Positions 48,181 to 56,731 of a DNA stretch of 64,000 nucleotides are shown here, piece by piece; positions within the stretch are counted from its first letter, which is position 1, and each line of letters starts with the position of its first letter. This stretch comes from Aureliella sp. GTDB lineage: Bacteria; Planctomycetota; Planctomycetia; Pirellulales; Pirellulaceae. The position numbers were made by a program, and so were the translations under genes. Under the pieces are notes generated by a model. The model worked only from the letters and a program-made list of their open reading frames with translations. It had not been told where the DNA came from and did no database searches. The stretch covers positions 576,001 to 640,000 of the forward strand of contig OY829846.1 of assembly GCA_963691875.1 (NCBI GenBank), given 5' to 3'.

Positions 48181-49290
48181 ATGCACCAGGTAATGACGAT
48201 GGTGTCTCGACACAAAAGCGACTTGACTTCAACCATCCCTTTAGCTCAGGGTCATCCGTACGTGATGCAAAACACCACTCGTATATTCTCAAGAAAAATT
48301 GCTCCGATTGTCTTCACCATTGTTTGTGTGACTCTAGCAAGCAGTTCGCCTTCGTATGGAGGAACGATGACGTTTGGTAGTGGTGACAACACATTCAATA
48401 TGGAATTCGTTACCGTCGGTAACGCGGGTAACGCCGCGGATACAAGCGGAGCGCCCAACCCCGCGGGTGCGGTTGCCTACGACTACCAGATGGGGAAGTA
48501 TGAAGTCAGTCGCGGCATGATTAACGCTTACAACGCAGTCTTTGGGACGCCGTATTCACAGGTGATCACGATGCAAACGGTTCACGGCGATAACAATGCT
48601 GCTGAAGCCGCTGCTGGTATCTCATGGAATGAAGCGGCTCGATTCGTGAACTGGCTAAACACCAGCCAGGGCTTTCAGGCGGCCTACAAGTTTACCACGG
48701 ATGGTGTGAACGACGATATTTCGTTGTGGAGTTCTGCCGAAGCCTCGCAACTGGGTGGCGAAAATCTGTTCCGGCACAAGAACGCGAAATACTGGCTTCC
48801 GAGTATGGACGAGTGGTACAAAGCGGCGTACTACGATCCAAGTACAAATACTTATCGAGAGTTTCCCAGTCTGGACGGTACGGAGCCCACCGCAGTAGCG
48901 TCCGGCACAGCAGATAATACCGCGGTTTACGACAATAGTGACTCTCAAGGCCCTGCCGACATCACTCAGGCTGGCGGGCTGAGTGCCTTTGGGATCATGG
49001 GTTTGGGGGGCAACGTTTGGGAATGGGAAGAAACGAGCTACGACCTGACCAATGATTCACCGACCGAAGATCGAGCGAGGCGTGGCGGCGGCTGGGCCAG
49101 CACGGCCAAGTTCATGAAGTCTTATTTTCGGAGTGGTTTCGACGCAGGGAGGGAGCACGATGAGTACGGCTTCCGCGTCGCAAGTCTTTCCTCGACTGCC
49201 GCAGTACCCGAACCGAGTTCGCTTGTGATCTTCGCGAGTGTCGGTCTGATGGGATTAGCTTATCGAAAAAGAAGGCAGCCTAAGCGATAA
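48181..49290 (+). CDS. FGE/SUMF1-fold PEP-CTERM protein (cargo); start probably at a later ATG
   Basis: FVTVGNAGNAAD, MGKYEV, EWYKAAYY, GGNVWEW, GFRVAS, VPEPSS + TM + RKRR. Confidence 0.9.
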   Translation: MHQVMTMVSRHKSDLTSTIPLAQGHPYVMQNTTRIFSRKIAPIVFTIVCVTLASSSPSYGGTMTFGSGDNTFNMEFVTVGNAGNAADTSGAPNPAGAVAYDYQMGKYEVSRGMINAYNAVFGTPYSQVITMQTVHGDNNAAEAAAGISWNEAARFVNWLNTSQGFQAAYKFTTDGVNDDISLWSSAEASQLGGENLFRHKNAKYWLPSMDEWYKAAYYDPSTNTYREFPSLDGTEPTAVASGTADNTAVYDNSDSQGPADITQAGGLSAFGIMGLGGNVWEWEETSYDLTNDSPTEDRARRGGGWASTAKFMKSYFRSGFDAGREHDEYGFRVASLSSTAAVPEPSSLVIFASVGLMGLAYRKRRQPKR

Positions 49291-49407
49291 ACCTCTTGCT
49301 TCGCATGGAACCTTGGTGTTCTTATTGGAGCCAAGCTAGAAACTGCCCGCAAGCGTGAGTCTCGGCCTAGTTATCGCCGAGGCCACGCTACTGAGTGGGT
49401 TGCACCT

Positions 49408-49502
49408 GGGGGGTGGGTAAATTCTGACAAGGCAAGTTGCTAGCGACCTATCGTGTGGCGCACACAATTAAGACCTACCAAATACTTTTCTAGGGGGGGG
49501 GG
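49408..49502 (+). other. Second cos-like site (pattern seen between HNH and terS in HK97-like cos phages)
   Basis: GGGGGGTGGGTAAATTCTG..GCGACC..CGCACAC..CCAAA..G10, non-coding. Confidence 0.45.
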
Positions 49503-49569
49503 ATGACCCAAAAGGCAAGCAAGCCAGGACAACCCCAGAGCGATCTAGCAAGGCGTCTCGCGTGTTGGG

Positions 49570-49695
49570 ATGAAAGATCCGATGAAGAACCATCGCAAAC
49601 GCATGGAAGGCGATACGGATGATCTGAAAGAGCCTGAGTGGGTTGTGGAGCTATCCCAGGCTGAGTTAGAAGAGATTGAGCGAGCTATCGGGTAA
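49570..49695 (+). CDS. 41-aa acidic hypothetical peptide
   Basis: MKDPMKNHRKRMEGDTDDLKEPEWVVELSQAELEEIERAIG*. Confidence 0.35.
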   Translation: MKDPMKNHRKRMEGDTDDLKEPEWVVELSQAELEEIERAIG

Positions 49696-49699
49696 ACGC

Positions 49700-50350
49700 T
49701 TCAGGAAAATTTGCCTGAACGGTTGCTGTTTCCAGATGTTGTAGATCGGCGGTGAACAGTCAGTTGCGTGTGTGGCGAGAGATTGGTCAGGTTTCCCAAG
49801 TTTTGGCAAGTCTGCCATTTCTTGGGTTTGTTGTCGTACCGCCTCTTCTGTTAAACCAGTGAGTTCAGCAGCCTCCTTGTTTGTCCAACCTGCCAACCAC
49901 AGTTCAAAGATTCCTTTCCTACGCGCGTCTTTGGCGTCTCCAAGCAACGATGCAGCATCATCAATTGAGGAAGGGCAATTTTGCCCCTCCTCTTTTTTGC
50001 GATGCTGATTGCTACCGTGTTCTTTGGCACACTCACGATCAAGGGAGTAAGCGCGGGAGTTGCCTCTGTCGGACCTTTCCTCAACTTGGGGAACATTGTT
50101 CCCTAAGTCTGTCCGTTTCCCCTGCTCTTTCATTGCCTCCCGATACATTAGCAACGATGCGACGTCATCAATCAAAGCGCCATTTGGCGCTTTGAAATTT
50201 TTTGATTTACGATCTCCACCCTTTTCTAACGTAGCCAGTTCTGCGGCGACCATGCTTCGCTGAGCTAGTCTAAGGCGGGCTAAGGTACGGCAACGAGATA
50301 GTGGGGGTGACGTTCGAAATAAAACGGTTAGGGTAAATTTACCACAACCG
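49700..50350. repeat. Array of six different palindromes embedded in fragments of phage ParB/methylase-like genes
   Basis: Palindromes at 49700-49719, 49795-49826, 49967-49992, 50084-50108, 50172-50195 and 50325-50350. Confidence 0.75.
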
Positions 50351-50717
50351 AACAAAGGCAAAGCACGCGACAAAGCAGCGGAGCAAAAGCAGGCGACCTG
50401 ACCTACGCCAGGCCGCCAACCCTGACCCGATCCAGTATTAGCAATGTCGGTTCCGCCAAAGCTAATATCTTTAGGCTGGAAGCAATTCTACCTTGGGTTC
50501 TGCTTTCGCTGAGTTCTTGAGCTTCACCATGCGAGTCGATTCAGCAACCTCGAACATCTTCGCGGGATTGATGCGAGCGCTGGTGGCATTTAGGCCGCTA
50601 TGCCGTGACATAAAAAACCACGGCACACCAGCGGCACAGCGGTATCAGCCGAAACACTGAAAACGCATATGACCATTGTTTTCATTGGCTTTCTGACTTG
50701 TGCGACTTACTTTTTTA

Positions 50718-50730
50718 CGGATTCATAATC
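50718..50730 (+). repeat. attR core CGGATTCATAATC
   Basis: Identical to 41701-41713. Confidence 0.9.
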
Positions 50731-51200
50731 TGCTGCTGACAAAAGAATATCAACCACAGCGTGAGATCTTTTTGAAGATCAAAAAATCTGAAAAAGGTGT
50801 TGGTGGCACGTCTGGCACCAAAATCACGCTGTCATCGCACTGGGTTGAGAAACATCCGGAAGATCTAGGCTTGGTCGTTCATGAATTGACTCATGTCATT
50901 CAAGGCTACCCATCTGGCAAGCCATGGTGGATTACAGAAGGTATTGCGGACTACATTCGTTGGGCGATCTACGAGGGAAAAGGACAGCATTGGTTTCCAA
51001 AACCGAGGGATCCCGAGGGTTACAAGAAGGGGTATCGAGTAACTGCTGGCTTCTTGCTTTGGCTCGAAGCAGAACGCGCACCAGGGATTGTAAAGAAGTT
51101 GAACTCGGCGATGAGAGACGCGAGCTACTCGGCGAAGCTCTTCGAGCAAGAGTCTGGTAGATCGCTTGATGAGCTCTGGAGCGAGTACGTCGAATTATAG
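50718..51200 (+). pseudogene. 3' part of the interrupted BSP-family (basic secretory protein) HExxH peptidase
   Basis: RIHNLL..., VVHELTHVIQ.Y, WITEGIADYIR, GYRVTAGFL.W, LDELWSEY. Confidence 0.85.
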
Positions 51201-51614
51201 ATGGCAGGATTCGAGAAGGAGAGAATGACGAAGCGGCACGTTGTGGCATTGCTCGCTTTTCCGACGCTACTGCTCGCACGTGGCGGAGCGAAATCGGTAA
51301 TGTGGGCGCGTAATCGAGCATCACGAATGAGCAGTTTATGAAACCTAAAGCAAATCGGATTGTCGGTTGTAGGAGCGGGCACGATGCTTCCAGGAAGCGA
51401 TAGCAGAACGAACTCCATGATCAAGGATGATCTGTCGGAAACGATACTCGTCGTTGAAAAGCGAGATCTGAAAATGAGCTGGATGCAGCCGCGCGATCGT
51501 TCGGAGAAAACCTTGAAGGCACAACACTTAACAAAGAAATTCGAAGCACCGGCTGCGGCCATGGCAGATGGCAAAGTGATCCATTTGCCGCCCCTATCGC
51601 CGCGAATCGTCTAG
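51201..51614 (+). pseudogene. Decayed DUF1559-type gene (in-frame stop plus internal deletion)
   Basis: ARNRASRMSSL*NLKQIGL (TGA at 51339) fused directly to VVG.GTM.PG..I.D.LSETILVVE..WMQP.D..MADG.V. Confidence 0.65.
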
Positions 51615-51702
51615 ACGTAACACTAGCGGTTAGAGCTCACGAATCGATTCGCTAAATTAAAACAGCAGCTTTCGCCGAATGGACGCGATCGCTAGTGACG
51701 AA

Positions 51703-53052
51703 CTAAGAGAACAACTCTTTCACCGATGAAGCATCGCTCCATCGCAATGGTCGCCCGATGGGTGTCATCATCTCGTGACCTGGATCGATGTCTAAGGCAT
51801 CCAGAATTGAGGCGTGCAGATCTGGAACTGTGACGCAGTTCTCGGTAACTTTCGTTGGGTCCAATTGGCGATCGCCGTTTCGCCGTAGCAGCTCAGCATC
51901 CGGATTTGCCACCGTAGATCCATGCACATAGCCCCTACGGAACTTACCCCCTGCCAAGAAAATGCTGAAGCCATGAGGCCAATGATCACGCCCCGAGGCT
52001 GGATTGATTCGTGGGGTACGCCCAAATTCGCCGCCACAGAACAAGACTGTTGAATCGAGCATATCACGCGCCTTGAGTTCCTGAAGTGTGGCCGCTAGTG
52101 CGTTATCCAGGATAGTGGCATTGCCTTTTTGGAGTTCGTGGTTGTTGATGTGCGAGTCCCAGCCATTCAGCTCTACTTCAACGCATCGCACACCCGCTTC
52201 CAGCAGTCGGATTCCTGCCAAGCATCCACGCCCGAAGCCGGTCTCACCAAATCGAGTGAGCGTGTCTTTGCTTTCCTGGTTGATATCAAATGCAACCAAC
52301 TGATCGCTACTCATCATGGTTACCGCATTCCTTGTTCCTGTTTCATGCAGAGTACGATCACGATTCAGATTGCGAAGTCGTCCACGCCGGAATTCGCCCT
52401 CCACAGTCGATAACAAATCATCAACTCGCGCTTTCATCCGATCTTTTTCGACAGGGGCGGTAAGGTTCGGTACTGGCTTTGCGGGATCCCCTATCTGGAA
52501 GGCATCGAGGCCTGGGCCTAGATATCCTCCGCGCGCAGGCCATTGCGTTGGCTGAATGGAAATGTGCCGAGGAATCTCCAAGTTGGTTTCGCTGTCGTAA
52601 CAAACGACCGCACCGATGGAAGGGTGAACGATCGTAGGGTCAGGCCGCCATCCTGTTTTGAGATGGTAACTTGCCCTTTCGTGATCACCTTCTTTACTAA
52701 TCACTGATCTTACCAGCGTGCCGAGGTGCATTTGCTCGGCCGTTGCTGGCAAAAACTCACTGATTTCAAGTCCTCGTACGCTCGTGGCGAGTGATTTCAC
52801 ATCGCCGCCAATTTCGGTACCGGGGTGCGGGTCGAAAGTCTCGAGCTGACTCGGGCCACCTTGTAACCAAAGGAAGAGCAAGGACTTTGGTTTCCCGCTT
52901 TTGTCACGCTCAGACGCTGCCGCCAATTGTTCGGCAAATCGCGTCAGACAAAGGCTGGATGCAGCACCAGCAGACCCACCTAGGAAATTCCTTCGCGAGC
53001 TACGCATGCGTTGATAGCTGTCGCAGCCTGTCGCGATCGGCTGATTGCACAT
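51703..53052 (-). CDS. DUF1501 protein (Tat-type)
   Basis: SRRNFL, LQGGPSQLETFDP, GWDSH, GEFGRTP, GRDHW. Confidence 0.92.
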   Translation of the reverse strand: MCNQPIATGCDSYQRMRSSRRNFLGGSAGAASSLCLTRFAEQLAAASERDKSGKPKSLLFLWLQGGPSQLETFDPHPGTEIGGDVKSLATSVRGLEISEFLPATAEQMHLGTLVRSVISKEGDHERASYHLKTGWRPDPTIVHPSIGAVVCYDSETNLEIPRHISIQPTQWPARGGYLGPGLDAFQIGDPAKPVPNLTAPVEKDRMKARVDDLLSTVEGEFRRGRLRNLNRDRTLHETGTRNAVTMMSSDQLVAFDINQESKDTLTRFGETGFGRGCLAGIRLLEAGVRCVEVELNGWDSHINNHELQKGNATILDNALAATLQELKARDMLDSTVLFCGGEFGRTPRINPASGRDHWPHGFSIFLAGGKFRRGYVHGSTVANPDAELLRRNGDRQLDPTKVTENCVTVPDLHASILDALDIDPGHEMMTPIGRPLRWSDASSVKELFS

Positions 53053-53068
53053 CGGGATAAATCCTTGC

Positions 53069-54793
53069 TTAGTGATTCCAGGAAAACTCGGTCGAATTCA
53101 ACAGTGCCCAGCAAATGTCGGCTACGGCGCGAGCGCGTGTGTTATTTCGCTTTCCCGCAAGGTAGTCTGTAAACTTGGCAAGCTCTGTCTCAGAGGGCCT
53201 GCGGTTCAGTGTGCTCAAATACATCAGCTCCACTGCCTTGGCGTCGTTCGAAACCAGTGCGCCGATGCGACTACTTGCATTGTTCACCAAATCAACTTTT
53301 GTGTAATCCCTCGTGCTATTTCCGTTCATCAACACAAGTCGCTGCGTAATCGTAACTGCCTCTTCGTCAAACTCGTCTTCGCCACGATCACCAAACCGTT
53401 TGAGGAATTCGTTGCGATTTCCGAAAGACTGCAGTTGCGTGACAATGGAGCTGGAGTAATCGACAGCCGCGAGCTTACTTGCTTGGAACGCACTTTGTGC
53501 AACTTGCTCTGGCCGCAACTGGGTCAAGGGAAAGACGGCCCAACAATCTTCGTGCTTCGCCGTGATATCAAATTCAGCACGACTAGAGCGTCTAAATGCA
53601 TCGCTCTGTACAATTAAGCGTATGAGCCGCTTTAAATCGTAATCATTCCTTGAAAAATCTGCTGCCAAGGTATCAAGCACGGGGGTGACGGAGTCATCCA
53701 ACGGGATGCTGTCCACCGGAGTGACAAGCGGTCGCTGCAACATCAGAGCCCAAACGCGATTCACCGTCGCTCGGGCAAACGCACGATTGTCGGGGTGCGT
53801 GACCCAACTTGCCAAGCGCTGCCGTGGCTTACCCTCTGCCGGCAGAAGCTCCGGAGCAAAAGGCACTTGGGGTTTGACCAGTTTCTCCTCCTCTTCGCCA
53901 AGATACTTGTACAAGTATTCTTTCCCGTCTTCACGAATACCCTGGAAAACAGGATTCGCCAAAGCCGTGCCGCTGAAGAATGCGGCAAGCTCATGAAAGT
54001 GAGACTGCGCTCCTGCGACGTATTTATCGGACGGGCCAAAGTTCAGATTACCTAAGAAGTCATCATGACACTGCAGACAGTCAATGTGTTGCGCCAAGAA
54101 CACTCGAGCGGTTCTGCCTGCGAGACGGACCGGATCTGCCCTGCCCTCCTCTCCGTTATCCATCGTCGCGGTCACGAAATTAACCTGTGGATTGTCGGTC
54201 CACAGCCCTTCAGATGACAGAACTTCACGCACAATCTTGTCGTAGCGGGTTTCACTTTCGAGCTGATCGGCAAGCCACATCGTGAACTTACGACGGCGAA
54301 AAAGCAGAAAAGGCCCTTCGTCGGCACCGACGTAGGCTCTCGCTATGCGTTCTGCGAAATAGTCAGCCCATCGGCGATCTTGTAAAATGTAATTTGTCCA
54401 CCACTCGATCTGTCGGTCTTCGTTAACAAGACTTAGAGCCCGGATTTCCTCAAGCGAGAGCCCGCTACCAACAAGTGCGAGCGAGATACGACGCGCAACA
54501 GCCAAGTTGTCGGCTGGTTGGGCAATTTGAACTCCCGCCTTCTTCGCTAGCTCTTCAATCTGCAGATTCGCGAGTCTCAGCGTCTCGCGGAAATTTGATG
54601 CGCGGTAGTGTGCAGCAACTCCTCGTGGTGGATCGATCCGAGGTCTCCGCGAAAGGGTTGCCGCCACCACGGTGACGCATCCAATGAGAACGCCGATCAT
54701 CAGTAAAGGTTGCAAGATTCTCCGACGCAGACTGCGAAATTGTTTCGCCTTAGCTAATGGAGGATCAACCCGAGTTTGCATTGCAAGTCTCAA
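53069..54793 (-). CDS. DUF1549/DUF1553 protein
   Basis: ARRISLAL.G, CLQCHD, FARATVNRVW, WALLNSTEFSWNH. Confidence 0.9.
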   Translation of the reverse strand: MRLAMQTRVDPPLAKAKQFRSLRRRILQPLLMIGVLIGCVTVVAATLSRRPRIDPPRGVAAHYRASNFRETLRLANLQIEELAKKAGVQIAQPADNLAVARRISLALVGSGLSLEEIRALSLVNEDRQIEWWTNYILQDRRWADYFAERIARAYVGADEGPFLLFRRRKFTMWLADQLESETRYDKIVREVLSSEGLWTDNPQVNFVTATMDNGEEGRADPVRLAGRTARVFLAQHIDCLQCHDDFLGNLNFGPSDKYVAGAQSHFHELAAFFSGTALANPVFQGIREDGKEYLYKYLGEEEEKLVKPQVPFAPELLPAEGKPRQRLASWVTHPDNRAFARATVNRVWALMLQRPLVTPVDSIPLDDSVTPVLDTLAADFSRNDYDLKRLIRLIVQSDAFRRSSRAEFDITAKHEDCWAVFPLTQLRPEQVAQSAFQASKLAAVDYSSSIVTQLQSFGNRNEFLKRFGDRGEDEFDEEAVTITQRLVLMNGNSTRDYTKVDLVNNASSRIGALVSNDAKAVELMYLSTLNRRPSETELAKFTDYLAGKRNNTRARAVADICWALLNSTEFSWNH

Positions 54794-55073
54794 CTAAGGA
54801 GAGTCGTGTCGAAAAGCATTGAACCTAGCGCCTGTTTACGCCGCGCTAATATCTGCCGTTTCAATTTCTTTTCAGAAAGGTGAAACGGGCGTGCAGCTTT
54901 AGTGTAAAAGAATTTAAGAGCGAAAAGAGTACAATTGGGCTGTTTTTCAATTCACCAAGAGTTCTTTCTGGCATGCGAATTCTTGGGATACCGTCTCTGA
55001 ACTGCTTCGAGGAGAGAAGATTTTCGGTGATGACATCCGCAATAGTAAGCCTGCGAGCTTGAAAGTGACTTTC

Positions 55074-56363
55074 ATGACAGAATCAAAATCGGAACCACCG
55101 ATTATTGATCCTCCAATCGTCTCGCAGCCGCAATCCGATAAATCGGCTTCGGCGCACCTAGTGGTAGTGATGAAGGAGCCTCAGCGAGCGCCGATTGCTT
55201 CCACAGCCGCCGAGGGAGCATCTCAACCAATTACGGTAACAGATTCACGAGCAAATGAGAAAATCGAATGGTACATGCGACCAATCTGGCTGTTTGGGCG
55301 AACTTGGGACTACATTAGTCTGGCCGTTCTCGTTGCGGTGGTCGCCGCAATTCCGATTGTGCAGCTGGCCAGTCTCGGTTATTTGCTGGTGTCCGCTGCG
55401 AATCTTGCTGAACGCAGGCCGTGGCGAGACTGCATTCCAGGGCTTAGGCTTGCTGGCAAGCTGGGCACTTTTGCACTGCTTGGGGCGATTGCTTGGCTGC
55501 CAGTCTGGCTGGTAACCGACTTGGCTTATTCGGTTCAACTTCTTCAACCAGGCTCTGGGTCGGCCGGGCTCTGGCGCATCGCGGCGTTCCTTGCAACAGG
55601 TGCCTGGATCACTCACTTGGCTTGGGCCGCAATTCGTGGTGGGCGTTGGTGGCACGTTCTTTGGCCAGCACCGATTCGATTTCTTAGGGAAATATGGAAT
55701 TCCAAGACGTGGACTAGGGCAAGTGATGAACTTTACGAACTCGTCGCAAGCGTCCACTTCCCCCGCCTATGGTGGCTAGGGGCACGTGCTGGAGCTGGCG
55801 TTCTGATTTGGGTCTGCATTCCGGTCACGATGATGATCATCGGACAGCACAGCCAAGATGTGCCGACTCCTGGTCTGTTCGGATTCCTTGGAGCGTTTGG
55901 GATGACGGCTATCATGCTTTACCTACCGTTCTTGCAAATCCAAATGGCAGCTGAGAATCGCTTTCTGGCAATCTTCGATTTCTTTCAGGTCAGGCAACGT
56001 TTCCTGTACGGCCCGCTATGGCACAGCTTTGCGATGCTTTCACTAGTCATTTTATGTGTTCCACTTTACTTGTTGAGAATTGAACCCATCCCGGCAGAGC
56101 TAGCTTGGGCACCTGCCTTCGTCTTCGTGTTGTTCATGTTGCCAGCGAAGATCTTAATTGGCGCGGCGATGGGTTACGCGAATGGGCGGCAGCAAGCTGG
56201 GCAAAGTCCACGAAGCTTTCTGCTACGCTGGCCAGCCCGACTTGTTAGTCTGGCGAGTGTGTTGATCTACGTCGGCTTTCTTTACCTCGCACAGCTCGTG
56301 GCACCAAGTGGGCTAATCATGTACTTCCAGCACGCATTGCTAGTGCCTGCCCCGCTGATCTGA
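55074..56363 (+). CDS. Polytopic membrane protein (DUF4013-like)
   Basis: Multiple TM segments; AAIP..Q..SLGYLL, YLPFLQ, LYLLRIE. Confidence 0.7.
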   Translation: MTESKSEPPIIDPPIVSQPQSDKSASAHLVVVMKEPQRAPIASTAAEGASQPITVTDSRANEKIEWYMRPIWLFGRTWDYISLAVLVAVVAAIPIVQLASLGYLLVSAANLAERRPWRDCIPGLRLAGKLGTFALLGAIAWLPVWLVTDLAYSVQLLQPGSGSAGLWRIAAFLATGAWITHLAWAAIRGGRWWHVLWPAPIRFLREIWNSKTWTRASDELYELVASVHFPRLWWLGARAGAGVLIWVCIPVTMMIIGQHSQDVPTPGLFGFLGAFGMTAIMLYLPFLQIQMAAENRFLAIFDFFQVRQRFLYGPLWHSFAMLSLVILCVPLYLLRIEPIPAELAWAPAFVFVLFMLPAKILIGAAMGYANGRQQAGQSPRSFLLRWPARLVSLASVLIYVGFLYLAQLVAPSGLIMYFQHALLVPAPLI

Positions 56364-56731
56364 TCCGCCTCAAGTTTCTTTCTTGGCAGAAGATTGCCAC
56401 GTCCAAGTTCGTCCGGAAGGGATCATTCTTAGCTAGGTCCGAACATGACTCGATTTTCGCATCTGTGCCCCTCACCGCGTGAGCAAGGCATTGGCAGCGC
56501 CTCTCGCTTACGCGTCGGATTGCCAATTATCTGTCACGTGAAAAGTGCGACTATGATTAGCCCCGACTATGGGCTGAATCGGGCATGCCGCGTGGTCATT
56601 CAACTGCTAGAATGCGCGGTTTAAAAAGTGAGCGTGCTCGTGAAGTGGTCGAACTCACTTTGTTACTTCCAGTCTGAGCATGAATCCTGTCGCGCCCAGA
56701 CAAGTTAGATTCCATCCTGGAATAGCAACGC

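Larger units (their letters stand above)
41701..50730. mobile_element. Integrative phage-satellite-like element (~9.0 kb), attL to attR
   Basis: 13-bp direct repeats, tyrosine integrase, AlpA/Xis HTH, Rep with iterons, cos-like sites; host gene split exactly at the repeat. Confidence 0.9.

Noticed and set aside
48181..49290. DGR target (FGE/CLec fold)
   Set aside because: No reverse transcriptase and no template repeat of its 3' region seen in the window.
49700..50350. CRISPR array or classical shufflon
   Set aside because: No constant repeat, spacing is irregular, no cas genes, and no shared recombination site could be found at all fragment junctions.
49666..50373. 235-aa minus-strand ORF as a real gene
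   Set aside because: Its N-terminus is the antisense of a plus-strand fragment and the body is a patchwork of repeated linker motifs; treated as a fragment array instead.
50471..50611. 46-aa minus-strand ORF near attR (MSRHSGLNATSARINPAKMFEV...)
   Set aside because: No RBS or family evidence; cannot be supported without a homology search.
3632..51614. Stop-codon reassignment explaining the in-frame stops
   Set aside because: All three stop codons occur in the relics, and all three terminate intact genes in this window.
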